DNA from: a virus
Lineage: Duplodnaviria > Caudoviricetes
IMG/VR virus record: IMGVR_UViG_2832928787_000001
Span: 1-64,000 of that record
Reading direction: 5' to 3' (one strand)
DNA: 64,000 nt
In this document: one piece after another, positions 37,133 through 46,839 of the stretch
Layout of the letters: every line of letters begins with the position of its first letter
Position numbering within the stretch: the first letter of the stretch is position 1
Position numbers and translations under genes: made by a program
Notes under the pieces: model-generated
Databases searched by the model: none
Told to the model about the DNA's origin: nothing
Seen by the model: the letters and a program-made list of their open reading frames with translations, nothing else

Positions 37133-37501
37133 ATGCGCATCGCAACTGAACAACTGGCCGACATCCGTGGCGGCCTGATGGTCGAGGAACTGACCGAGTC
37201 CCTGGCTGAAGTCGTCAACGCCGTCATCACCACCGGCAAGAAGGGCGCCGTGCAACTGAAGCTGGACATCAACCCCGCCAGCAAGGGCGACGCCGTGGTG
37301 ACGGTGACTGACGAGATCAAGAAGACCGTACCGCAGGAGAAGCGCACCGGCACGCTGATGTTCGCCACGCCGTCCGGCTCGCTCCAGCGGCAGGACCCGC
37401 GTCAGACCGATCTGCCCCTGGTCTCGACATCGGCCACGATGCCGACGCTGCAGTCCACTCCCACCGAATCCCCGTCGCTGCGCGTCGTCGGCGGCAACTG
37501 A
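37133..37501 (+). CDS. Conserved phage protein upstream of DUF2303 (YfdP-like)
   Basis: AAGGAG RBS; TGKKG..LKL.I.P and FATPSGSL.R.DPRQ. Confidence 0.75.
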   Translation: MRIATEQLADIRGGLMVEELTESLAEVVNAVITTGKKGAVQLKLDINPASKGDAVVTVTDEIKKTVPQEKRTGTLMFATPSGSLQRQDPRQTDLPLVSTSATMPTLQSTPTESPSLRVVGGN

Positions 37502-37528
37502 TTTCCCCACCCAACCGAAAGCCCCCCC

Positions 37529-38374
37529 ATGAACACCGAAAAGAACATTGTCGAATCGGCCATTCAGGCCGCAAGCAAGCCGTTTCTGATGGACATCAGC
37601 GGCACCCCGGTTCTGCTGATGCCCGATTGCAATGGTGGCTGGTCGCGCCAGGAACTGGACAAATACCGTACCGAGCCGCTGCGCAAGACTGGCGCAGTGG
37701 TCCTGCATCAGCTCGACAGCCTGCTGGCCTTCATCAAGGAGCACAAGGAATCCGGTACCCAACTGTTCGTCGATGCCGACTATGCGCAGGGCCGTGCGTC
37801 GTTCAAGGCCGTGCTCAACGGCCATACCGGCCCCCAGCCTGACTTCGGCGACTTCACGGCGCTGTACACCCCGATGAAGACGGTCGACTGGTCGAACTGG
37901 CTGGAAAGCAACGGCAAGAAGATGGACCAGGAAGAATTCGCCCGCTTCCTGCAGGACAACATTGCCAACATCGTCAGTCAGGATCCGGCCAATAGCAGCC
38001 GCCAGTACCCGGCCGCAGCCGACCTGCTGGAATTCGCCAGCAATCTGGAAATGACCAGCACCGTGCGCTTCCGCAGCAGCACCAAGGTGCAGAACGGCCA
38101 GGTGCAGTTTGAGTACGTCGAAGAGGGCGACAACAACACCAAAGGCCGTCTGCAGATGTTTGAGCGCTTCGGCCTCGGTCTGCAGCCGTTCGCAGGCGGT
38201 GACGCCTACTTCATCGAGGCGTTCCTGCGCTTCCGCATCGACCGCAACAGCGGTGAACTCAAGCTGTGGTACGACCTGAACCGCCCGGACAAGGCCCTGG
38301 AAAACGCCACAGAAAAGATGATCGAGCGCATCAAGGTCGAATCGGGCGTGCCGGTCTATTTCGGCAAGGCGTGA
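37529..38374 (+). CDS. DUF2303 / YfdQ-family protein
   Basis: AVLNGH, QEEFARFLQDN, LKLWYDL.RP, PVYFG. Confidence 0.82.
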   Translation: MNTEKNIVESAIQAASKPFLMDISGTPVLLMPDCNGGWSRQELDKYRTEPLRKTGAVVLHQLDSLLAFIKEHKESGTQLFVDADYAQGRASFKAVLNGHTGPQPDFGDFTALYTPMKTVDWSNWLESNGKKMDQEEFARFLQDNIANIVSQDPANSSRQYPAAADLLEFASNLEMTSTVRFRSSTKVQNGQVQFEYVEEGDNNTKGRLQMFERFGLGLQPFAGGDAYFIEAFLRFRIDRNSGELKLWYDLNRPDKALENATEKMIERIKVESGVPVYFGKA

Positions 38375-38575
38375 CAGTGTCCCCGCTGAAACTCACCTTC
38401 CTGTCCACCTGCGCCGGATTCGGCTTCGCCACTGGCGCAATCGCGGCGGTGGGCTGGGTCAAGGTTGCAGCCGATCTTTTCTCATAACCCCAGCCCGGCC
38501 CCGGCCGGGCCTACCGGATAGCCGCCCCACAGCTGCTACCCCGTGGGCCATGCCCCAACCACCAGGAGACCCATC

Positions 38576-38704
38576 ATGACCATGGAAGTGGTCGACATGA
38601 CCGACGACGCCATCAACGAGCTGCGCGCCAGCGGCTGGATCATCAAGGCCCCGTTCTTCCGCGACGGGCAGGCCGTATTTCTGGTTATCAAACTGCCGGC
38701 TTAG
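38576..38704 (+). CDS. Small hypothetical protein (42 aa)
   Basis: AGGAG RBS; MTMEVVDMTDDAINELRASGW... Confidence 0.45.
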   Translation: MTMEVVDMTDDAINELRASGWIIKAPFFRDGQAVFLVIKLPA

Positions 38705-38720
38705 CCGCGTCTCCCATGCT

Positions 38721-38804
38721 CATGAGCAGCACCAAAGCACGACATGAGCAGGTCATGAGCGGCACATGAGCGGCACATGAGCATGAAATGAGCACCCCAT
38801 GAGC
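38721..38804 (+). repeat. CATGAGC direct repeats in 11-bp phase (centromere/operator-like)
   Basis: Copies at 38721, 38743, 38754, 38765, 38776, 38787 (AATGAGC) and 38798. Confidence 0.85.
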
Positions 38805-39167
38805 AACCCTGACACCTGGCAACAGCAGGTCGCCGGGCAGTTGCGCCAGCTCGCGGCGGAACAGGCTGGCCCGAGCAAGGCTGCCCGGTTCCGGGCGCTG
38901 TTCCCTGACATCGAGGACGCCATGCGCCGTGGCTGTAGCCAGCGCGAGCTGATCGCCACCCTGGCCGGCAGCGGACTGACGATGACCCTGGACGAGCTGC
39001 GCAACGCCCTGTACCGCGAACGCAAACGACGGAAAGCGAGGCCGCCCGATGCGGCAACACATCCCCCGCCGCGACTGGCGCCACCGCCGGCCACCCCGGC
39101 TGCACCGGGTGCACCACCCGGCAGCTTTGACTGGCAACGCCACCGCGACAAGAAACCCAACTGGTAA
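38799..39167 (+). CDS. StbA/TraK-like DNA-binding protein
   Basis: KAARFRALFPDIE.A...G.S...I..L...GL...L..ALYR.R. Confidence 0.65.
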   Translation: MSNPDTWQQQVAGQLRQLAAEQAGPSKAARFRALFPDIEDAMRRGCSQRELIATLAGSGLTMTLDELRNALYRERKRRKARPPDAATHPPPRLAPPPATPAAPGAPPGSFDWQRHRDKKPNW

Positions 39168-39186
39168 CCCCGAGGACCACCCCACC

Positions 39187-39933
39187 ATGAACAAAACCGT
39201 CCACATGGTCATGAACGGCAAAGGCGGCTGCGGCAAGAGCCTGATCGCCAGCCTGCTGGCGCAGATCCTGGCCGCACAAACGCCGGACCTGCTGTGCGTC
39301 GACGTCGACCCGACCAACCGCACCCTGAGCCGCTTTGCCGCGCTGAACGTGCACGGGCTCGAACTGCTGGATGCCACCCGCCAGATCAACCCGCGCCAGT
39401 TCGACACCCTGGTCGAATGGCTGCTCGACCACTCCGGCGATGCCGTCATCGACAACGGCGCCAGCGGCTTCGTGCCTCTGCTGGCCTATCTGTCCCGCTC
39501 CGGTGTGCTTGAGCTGCTGCGCGAACATGGCGTCGACGTGCTGCTGCATGTGCCGATCATCGGTGGCGAGTCGCTGGACGACACCGCCAACGGCTTTACC
39601 GCCCTGATGGAAGAGACCGACGCCGATGCCGTGGTGTGGCTGAACCCGTTCTTTGGCCCGGTCGAGCGCGCCGGCAAGCGCTTCGTCGACAGCCCGATCT
39701 ATACCGACGTCGCCCACCGAGTGCGCTGTGTGGTCAACCTGCAGGACTGGGACCGGGCCACCTACGGCCAGGACCTGGCCGACATGCGTGCCGCCGGGCT
39801 GACCTTTGCCGAGGCGCTGGCGCCGAACAGCACGCTGGGCGCTATGCCCCGCCATCGCCTGCACAAGGTATGGAACGACATCGCCGGCCAGTTGGCCGGC
39901 ATCCGGCTGAATCATCAGGGAGCAGCAGCATGA
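39187..39933 (+). CDS. TraL/StbB-like deviant Walker A ATPase
   Basis: GKGGCGKS, DVDPTN, VIDNGASGFVPL, VWLNPFFG. Confidence 0.8.
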   Translation: MNKTVHMVMNGKGGCGKSLIASLLAQILAAQTPDLLCVDVDPTNRTLSRFAALNVHGLELLDATRQINPRQFDTLVEWLLDHSGDAVIDNGASGFVPLLAYLSRSGVLELLREHGVDVLLHVPIIGGESLDDTANGFTALMEETDADAVVWLNPFFGPVERAGKRFVDSPIYTDVAHRVRCVVNLQDWDRATYGQDLADMRAAGLTFAEALAPNSTLGAMPRHRLHKVWNDIAGQLAGIRLNHQGAAA

Positions 39934-40223
39934 GCCATCTCGAAATCCACAGCAGCCACGAACTGCCCGCAGCCGAATGCAAGATCGTCGCCGACATCGG
40001 CCTGGCGCTGATTGCGATGCATGAAGCCGGCGTGGACAAACCGGGCGAGCTGCCACGGCCTGCCGACGTCGCCCGGCAATTGATCGGCGCGCTGGCCGCC
40101 TGCAAGCCTGACAGCAAGATCGACGACATCTACAAGGACCTGATCATCGCCATCACGGCGTTGATGCTGGGGGATGGCGGCATCATCCAGACGCCGGCCC
40201 CGCCCACGCAGTCCATGCACTGA
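39930..40223 (+). CDS. Hypothetical protein coupled to the ATPase gene
   Basis: ATGA overlap; followed by a terminator at 40225-40247. Confidence 0.55.
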   Translation: MSHLEIHSSHELPAAECKIVADIGLALIAMHEAGVDKPGELPRPADVARQLIGALAACKPDSKIDDIYKDLIIAITALMLGDGGIIQTPAPPTQSMH

Positions 40224-40463
40224 CGCCGCCGACAGCGGCTTTTTTTTACGCGGATGCATAATGCACATTCCACCGATTACCCCGCGACTGAGCGTGCCAC
40301 GTCGCCCAGCCTGCCGCCGGCTTATGCCCCACAGCCCGTCGCCAGCGGCAGAACTGGCAAAGGACATGACCACCTGGGCGCTGCGCGGCTTCGCCGGCGC
40401 CAGCGGCGTGTTCACCTTCCTGTTCCTGCTCGACTTCCTCTATTCCCTTATTGGACATTGACC

Positions 40464-41123
40464 ATGAGTGCCCTGATTTTTGACACCGAAACCACCGGCC
40501 TGCGCGAACCGCAGGTCATCGAGGCCGCCTGGCTGCGCATCACCAGCCTGACACCGCTGGCCACTGGCGACGCCTACGAGCAGCGCTTCCGCCCGAACAA
40601 ACCGATCGACTTCGGTGCCATGGCCACCCACCACATCACCGACGAGGATCTGGCCAACTGCCAGCCGTCGAACAGCTTCCGCCTGCCGGACGGCGTGCAG
40701 TACCTGATCGGCCACAACATCGACTACGACTGGGGCGTTATCGGCCAGCCGGACGTACGCCGCATCGACACCCTGGTACTGAGCCGTCTGCTGTGGCCCG
40801 AGGCCGACTCGCACAAACAGACCGCGCTGCTGTACATGCTCGACCGGCCGTTCGCCCGACAGCACGCCCCTGCAGCGCACAGCGCCGCCGCTGACGTGTT
40901 CATGCTGGCGCATCTGCTAACCCACATCCTGGACCGCCTCGGCAATCCGACGACGCTCGACGAGCTGTGGCGCCACTCCGAAGCCGCCCGCCTGCCGCGC
41001 ACCATGACCTTCGGCAAGCACAAGGGCGAGCTGCTCGGCGATGTGCCGGTCGACTACCGGCGCTGGCTGCTGGGTCAGCCCGATCTGGACCCGTATCTGC
41101 GCCGGGCGCTGGAAGCGCTGTAG
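40464..41123 (+). CDS. DEDDh 3'-5' exonuclease (ExoX-like)
   Basis: FDTETTG, GHNIDYD, HSAAADV, FGKHKG. Confidence 0.9.
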   Translation: MSALIFDTETTGLREPQVIEAAWLRITSLTPLATGDAYEQRFRPNKPIDFGAMATHHITDEDLANCQPSNSFRLPDGVQYLIGHNIDYDWGVIGQPDVRRIDTLVLSRLLWPEADSHKQTALLYMLDRPFARQHAPAAHSAAADVFMLAHLLTHILDRLGNPTTLDELWRHSEAARLPRTMTFGKHKGELLGDVPVDYRRWLLGQPDLDPYLRRALEAL

Positions 41124-41184
41124 GCCGCAAACCATTGACATGACAAACCGCCCGGCTGGGCGGTTTCGCCTTTCTGGAGTCACC

Positions 41185-41448
41185 ATGCCCACCATGTTCT
41201 ATCGCGTCGGCCAGCGCGCCGAGTGCCATTCATTCACCCCGCTGGTCGACGATGCCGCCACCGACCTGGCCGAGCAAGCTGCCGCCGACTACTGGCAGCG
41301 TACCAGCATCGCCAACAGCCGCAGGCCACTGCACATTTCCCTGTTCGACGAGCGCGGTCAGCTCTACGGCACATTCAGCGTCGCCGTCGAGCAACCGCCG
41401 ATCTACCGCGCCACGCCGACCACGGCCATGCAGCGAGCTGCTGCATGA
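41185..41448 (+). CDS. Hypothetical phage protein
   Basis: GGAG RBS; AAADYW motif. Confidence 0.55.
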   Translation: MPTMFYRVGQRAECHSFTPLVDDAATDLAEQAAADYWQRTSIANSRRPLHISLFDERGQLYGTFSVAVEQPPIYRATPTTAMQRAAA

Positions 41449-41618
41449 TCCTGACCGCTGACCAGGTCCGCCCCGGACCGCACTGGGTGCGGTTGAGCCC
41501 TGCGTCAGGGTGGGTGCTGATGGTCATAGAAAACCCATCAGCATTGCTGTACGGGCTGGCTGGCGCCGATTTCTGCCCAATCGCGATGCCTACTGACGCC
41601 AATGGAGATTTGCAATGA
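41445..41618 (+). CDS. Small hypothetical protein
   Basis: ATGA overlaps at both ends. Confidence 0.45.
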   Translation: MILTADQVRPGPHWVRLSPASGWVLMVIENPSALLYGLAGADFCPIAMPTDANGDLQ

Positions 41619-41956
41619 CTGATCCTGCAGACCTTGCCGGCTGCCAGTTCGGCCGGCTGACTGTATCCGGTCCGTCAGATGTCAGGATATTCCGCGGGCG
41701 CACCGTTCTCTGCCGGTGTCGCTGCGGCGGTTCTATCTGCGTCCGTCCCGGTGACCTGCGCAAAGGAAAGGTGAAGTCCTGCGGCTGCTACCGGCGCGAG
41801 CTGGCGCTTGCAGCGCTTCAGCGGGCGAACCAGCCCGAGGCCAGGTCAAGGCAACTGGTCTCGGCCAACAGGACGCGGCATCGAAAACAGATTTTGGCGC
41901 TGGGGTCCGTTACCACCACCCGCCAATACATCGACGGTCAACCTGCCCCGCTATGA
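41615..41956 (+). CDS. N-terminal domain typical of HNH/AP2 homing endonucleases, nuclease part absent
   Basis: DLAGCQFGRLTV, CRCRCG, KSCGC. Confidence 0.6.
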   Translation: MTDPADLAGCQFGRLTVSGPSDVRIFRGRTVLCRCRCGGSICVRPGDLRKGKVKSCGCYRRELALAALQRANQPEARSRQLVSANRTRHRKQILALGSVTTTRQYIDGQPAPL

Positions 41957-42075
41957 GCGGGGCGATTCATTTCCACACGATGCGGACAAAAGCAGCCAGC
42001 ATGACGGCACGTTCGACGTCGCTCAGGAACCGATCGACTGAGCCACGCTGGTGACTGTTATCGACCAATTTCGGA

Positions 42076-42138
42076 CATTAACATAGAAGGTAAGCGGACT
42101 GCCGCTTGCTGCAGATTCGCTTGACTAAAAGGTTCGGT
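42076..42138 (-). mobile_element. Integron attC-like site 4
   Basis: Minus strand ACCGAAC ctttt AGTCAAGC...GCTTACC ttctat GTTAATG. Confidence 0.7.
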
Positions 42139-42261
42139 CTCTCGCTCCGAATGGCTGTTCAATAGAATATAAAAAATTGCCTGCCATTTAGACGGAAAAG
42201 CGCCGAATGGAACCAAAAAATATAGCTTTGGAGCGTCTGTTTGACGGATTTTTAGCCACTT

Positions 42262-42660
42262 TCATTTGATTCTCCGCTGCTTCAGCAGCTTGTCAATTTC
42301 ATTGATGGCGTTTTTTTCTTCTATCTGAAAGGAGTTGGGCTCAATAGTCGCCTTCAATGATTGAAATCCGAGAAAAATAGAGGCGACACCCAAGATAAAA
42401 GATGTAAGGTCGGCTTGGCCATTGAAGGCCGCCCAACCTGCTGCAGCGCAAAACAAGACCAGGCTGAGACCGTAAATTGGTTTTAACTGTTTAACTTTCC
42501 GAGACTGCTCGAGGCGAATGTTTTCTTGCCTGAAAGGCCGTTCTTGCAATAATTCTTCACTTGAACAGTGAACTAACAGCCTGTGCTGGTTTTGCGAATT
42601 ATCGTTGACATTAAAATCGCCCTGGATATTTATTTGTCCATCATTGTTGAAATCGCGCAA
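42262..42660 (-). CDS. 2-TM membrane protein in a decayed cassette
   Basis: TTG start after GAGGAGG; AT-rich; flanked by GTTAGCA and GGCTAAA. Confidence 0.65.
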   Translation of the reverse strand: MRDFNNDGQINIQGDFNVNDNSQNQHRLLVHCSSEELLQERPFRQENIRLEQSRKVKQLKPIYGLSLVLFCAAAGWAAFNGQADLTSFILGVASIFLGFQSLKATIEPNSFQIEEKNAINEIDKLLKQRRIK

Positions 42661-43046
42661 TCGTGGCCTCCTCAGTCACGGATAAAGTGAATTTGCTTCA
42701 TGCTAACGGCTATCGACCAGTTAGGCCATATCCCCTTACATCACCTCGTGGTTATGTGTGCAAAGAGTATTTGCGGCGAACGTTCAGCGTTTCCGACCTC
42801 CGCCTATTCGACGGTACCGTTGATCCAAACCTGTCGTTTTTTTGGTGGGTGTTCGAGCATGTACTCAACAGCAACCATCAAATACCCACAGTTGACATTA
42901 GCATAACCACTCTACCACAACAAATTCCCAGCTTTCCACCCCGAACCCGCCCCCGATGGCGGGTTCGTCGTTTTCGACACCCCGCTGACACCCGGCACGC
43001 TCCCGGCGTGAGGTTGGGTACCGGCTGAACATATGGAGGTCATTGC

Positions 43047-44612
43047 ATGGACCGCGATCAATTCCTGCTCGACATCAGCCATGAGCTGTTAATCGACAAT
43101 TTCGCCGGCGGTGGCGGGGCCAGCACCGGCATCGAGCAGGCAACAGGCAGGTCCGTCGACATTGCCATTAACCACGATCCCGAGACGGTGGCGATGCACG
43201 CCGCCAATCACCCGCAGACGCACCATTATTGCGAGGACGTGTATCACGTCGACCCGCGTACAGCGACGCAGGGGCGCCCGGTCGGATTGGTCTGGCTGTC
43301 TCCGGACTGCAAGCATCACTCGAAAGCAAAGGGCGGCAAGCCGCGCGAGAAGAAAATTCGTGGCCTTGCCTGGGTGGGCGTGAAATGGGCTGGCCAAACC
43401 CGTGCCCGGGTACTGATGTTGGAGAACGTCGAGGAATTCCAGGACTGGGGGCCGCTGGTTGCAAAGCGCGATGTCGCCACTGGCCGTGTGCTGACCATCG
43501 ACGGTCGCGTGGCCGCCGTCGGCGAGCGCATTCCGGTCGAGCAACAGCACCTGGTGCCGGACCCGCGCCGGCGCGGGCAACACTTCCGGCAGTTTGTTGC
43601 CGCCCTGCGCCAGCTTGGCTACGCGGTTGAGTGGCGTGAATTGCGCGCATGTGACTACGGCGCCCCGACCACACGCAAACGCCTGTTCCTGATTGCGCGG
43701 TGCGATAGCCGCCCCATCGTCTGGCCTGCGCCGACACATGGAGATCCGAAGGCGATCGGATTCAAGCGTCGCCAGCTCAAGCCATGGCGCACTGCTGGCG
43801 AGTGCATTGACTGGTCGATCCACTGCCCGAGCATTTTCGAGCGCGACCGGCCGCTGGCCGATGCCACGCTGCGCCGGATCGCCCGTGGCATCGTGCGCTA
43901 CGTCCTGCAGACCGGCGAGCCGTACATCGTGAAGTCCTCGCAGAACAGCACCGGGCATGGCCTTGGTGAGCCACTGCACACGGCAATGGCCGGGGCGACA
44001 CGGTTCGGACTGGTCGAGCCATTCCTGACCGAGCATGCACTTGCCTGCGCCATGCTGATCAAGCACTACGGTGGCAACTACACCGGGCACGGGTCTGATC
44101 TGGCAGAACCGATCCACACGATAACTGCCTCGGATCACCACTCGCTGGTGACGTCGCATCTGCTCAAGCTGCGACACCACAGTGACGGCCAGCCTGCCAC
44201 CGAGCCGATCGACGTTATCGCCGCTGGCGGGCAGCACTTCGGCGAGGTGCGGGCATTCCTGGTCAAGTACTACGGCAACGAGCGTGACGGCGTCAGTCTG
44301 TTCTCGCCGATGCACACCCTGCCGACGCGCGACCGCATGGGGCTGGTCACCGTCCAGATTAACGGCGAGCCCTACGCGATCGCCGACATCGGCATGCGCA
44401 TGCTGGAACCGCACGAGCTGTATGCCGCCCAGGGATTTCCGCGCTGGTACCGGCATGCACTGACCATCGACGGACGACGTCTGCCGAAATACGCCCAGGT
44501 CCGCATGTGCGGTAACAGTGTCAGCCCGGTCATGCCGAAAGCGCTGGTCAGAGCCAACCTGCCCGAACTGACCATGATCGGGCGGAAACAACGAGAGGAG
44601 CTTGCAGCATGA
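43047..44612 (+). CDS. DNA (cytosine-5) methyltransferase
   Basis: FAGGGG, SPDCKHHS, ENVEEF, RKRLF, CGNSV. Confidence 0.93.
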   Translation: MDRDQFLLDISHELLIDNFAGGGGASTGIEQATGRSVDIAINHDPETVAMHAANHPQTHHYCEDVYHVDPRTATQGRPVGLVWLSPDCKHHSKAKGGKPREKKIRGLAWVGVKWAGQTRARVLMLENVEEFQDWGPLVAKRDVATGRVLTIDGRVAAVGERIPVEQQHLVPDPRRRGQHFRQFVAALRQLGYAVEWRELRACDYGAPTTRKRLFLIARCDSRPIVWPAPTHGDPKAIGFKRRQLKPWRTAGECIDWSIHCPSIFERDRPLADATLRRIARGIVRYVLQTGEPYIVKSSQNSTGHGLGEPLHTAMAGATRFGLVEPFLTEHALACAMLIKHYGGNYTGHGSDLAEPIHTITASDHHSLVTSHLLKLRHHSDGQPATEPIDVIAAGGQHFGEVRAFLVKYYGNERDGVSLFSPMHTLPTRDRMGLVTVQINGEPYAIADIGMRMLEPHELYAAQGFPRWYRHALTIDGRRLPKYAQVRMCGNSVSPVMPKALVRANLPELTMIGRKQREELAA

Positions 44613-44648
44613 GCCATCGAGCGATGGCTGCAGCAACCAATTCCGGGA

Positions 44649-44963
44649 TCATTGATTGGTGATTGCCGCCAGCCGCTCTGTAATCAGCTCATAAACCTGC
44701 TTGCGCTTGCGTGGATTTTTAATCTCCGTGCAGCACGCATTCAAAATATCAACGGCCTGGGCTGCCGTGATAACACCAGAATTGACTTCACGCCTTAGTT
44801 TCCGCTCATAGATATAGCCAAGTTCATTATATGAGCCACATTGGCCGCATGAAACCAGCAGCCGATCCCGCTTGCCGCCTGGATTTTTATCCTCATAGCG
44901 ATACCGGGAATTGATTTTTTTGATGCCATCGAATACTTCAATGTCTTCTTGGGTAATAGGCAT
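44649..44963 (-). CDS. AT-rich antisense moron, hypothetical
   Basis: 104 aa with CGQCG; low GC. Confidence 0.55.
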   Translation of the reverse strand: MPITQEDIEVFDGIKKINSRYRYEDKNPGGKRDRLLVSCGQCGSYNELGYIYERKLRREVNSGVITAAQAVDILNACCTEIKNPRKRKQVYELITERLAAITNQ

Positions 44964-45330
44964 AAAAACCCCTATTGGTTTCTGTGTTTTCAATACAAAA
45001 CCATCATAGGCAGGTGGCAAGGGGGGCCGTCAAATCCTGGCAAAAATTTGTTGCCGAATTCACCACTAACCGAGAAATGCACCACATGACCCAATGCCAC
45101 GACTACGGCCACTACCACCAGATAGTGGACAGGAGCGCTCACGATGAATGGAAACAGGCCAACCCCGGCACGCCTCTGGCGGCTGATCCGCACGCTGGCG
45201 CACTGGCAGGCGAGGATGCACCGCCGGCTGGTGGTGATACCGGCGATCAGGGCGAGGCATAGCCATGACCCGCGATGAACACTCAACGAACCTCCCCACC
45301 CCGGGCGGTTCTGCATTTCAGGAGACAGGA

Positions 45331-46098
45331 ATGGATGACTATCTGACCCGCGTGGCCGAGGCGGTGCGAGATGCAACGCTGGCCTGCGCATGGCAAATCG
45401 GCGACAACGGGCCGCTGCGCAGCGCCGTCAAACTGCCGAAGATCATCGCCAGCGTGCCGAGGCCGGAGCCGGTGGCCGCTTGGGCCGCCGGCACAGCCGC
45501 TATCGAATTCGCACTAGAAGATGCGACCGGCGAAGGTATGGCTTTCCTAAGGTGCTGGCTGTACGGCGACTTCGATGTCATCCGCAACGAATGGCCCGAG
45601 GCGCCTGAATCCGTTTACATCGGTGCTGATCCGTTACACCCGGAAACTGTCGCTATGCTCGCCGCTGCACCCGAGGAGCCGCAGCCTGTTCTGGACCGTC
45701 CGGCATCCATCGGCGGAACCACATTCGGGGTCGGCATTCCCGTGCGCACACTGGTCGCAGCAGCTCAACGACGATATGAGGCCGAACAAACTCCGGCATC
45801 TCTGGCCGACCGTCAGGCGCTGATTGACGCGCTCCGACACCCCGTTGTGGATGCAGAACTCACCACGCTGCGCGAGCAGAACGCTGCTCTCAAACAGGAT
45901 GCGGCCAGATACCACGCGCTTCGTGCAGAACTGATCCGTGCCGCTGGACCCGTTGATGAGCGTGGAGAAATCGAAAAAGCCATAAAGGAGGTCATGCGCA
46001 AAGCATATGCGGAGCGTGGAGATCCTATGCCGACTGCGGCTGAATTCGACACCGCCATCGACATTTCCATCGCCAGCGCGGAAGGCGGTGCAGCATGA
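45331..46098 (+). CDS. Hypothetical phage early protein
   Basis: AGGAG RBS; AFLRCWLYGDF..IR.EWPE and DAARY..LR. Confidence 0.6.
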   Translation: MDDYLTRVAEAVRDATLACAWQIGDNGPLRSAVKLPKIIASVPRPEPVAAWAAGTAAIEFALEDATGEGMAFLRCWLYGDFDVIRNEWPEAPESVYIGADPLHPETVAMLAAAPEEPQPVLDRPASIGGTTFGVGIPVRTLVAAAQRRYEAEQTPASLADRQALIDALRHPVVDAELTTLREQNAALKQDAARYHALRAELIRAAGPVDERGEIEKAIKEVMRKAYAERGDPMPTAAEFDTAIDISIASAEGGAA

Positions 46099-46454
46099 GC
46101 GCCGCAGCGAAGTATTGGGCTGGAGCCATAGCCAGTGACGCGGCGGTCTTCGGCGCGTTTTACCTGTGGCAGTTCGAGTCGAGCAAAGGCGCCAGCAACG
46201 TGTTCACCTTTCTCATGTGGGCGGTTATTGCGCATCGGATCTTTATGAGTTTCGTTGGCAATCGGACACACTTCGAGAGGCTGCCACGGCCGAATGGCTT
46301 CGGGACGTACCATTGGGTTTCTGAGTTCGCCATCATCTGCTGCATGGCCTGGGCCGGCATGTTTTGGTGCGCGGGGTTCTACACGTTCGCGACGCTGGCC
46401 ATTGAGGGCGCTCGCAACCGCGAGCTGCGCGACAGCAAGGCGGGTTCGGCATGA
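46095..46454 (+). CDS. Membrane protein
   Basis: Several hydrophobic segments; ATGA overlap. Confidence 0.55.
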   Translation: MSAAAKYWAGAIASDAAVFGAFYLWQFESSKGASNVFTFLMWAVIAHRIFMSFVGNRTHFERLPRPNGFGTYHWVSEFAIICCMAWAGMFWCAGFYTFATLAIEGARNRELRDSKAGSA

Positions 46455-46587
46455 CCTCATCTTCAACAGAGTCACCGAAGCGAGGATACGCGGAGAAGGG
46501 TTTTTAAATCAGGCCCATAAGGTTGAACAATAAACACCAGAATACGCAGATTGCCTACCACCGGAGAACTTGCATTAAGAGGCCAAC

Positions 46588-46839
46588 ATGACAACCGACG
46601 AAATCGTGCCATTTGACGAGCTGGCAACAGTTTCCGGCTACAAACGACCGCGCTGCATAAGAGACTGGCTGGACGCCAACAGAATCCGCTACCTGCAGAA
46701 CGCCAGCGGCAGACCAATTGTTGCCCGGTCCACGTTTATGCAAGCACTGGGTGTCAAACCAATCACCATTGACCCCACGCCGTTACGCGGAATCAATACC
46801 GCCAACCTTGACCATCTCCACGCGCAGAAAAGAAAATGA
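46588..46839 (+). CDS. Excisionase (DUF4224-like)
   Basis: ELATVSGYKR...WL..N.I...GRPIV; overlaps the integrase start. Confidence 0.75.
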   Translation: MTTDEIVPFDELATVSGYKRPRCIRDWLDANRIRYLQNASGRPIVARSTFMQALGVKPITIDPTPLRGINTANLDHLHAQKRK

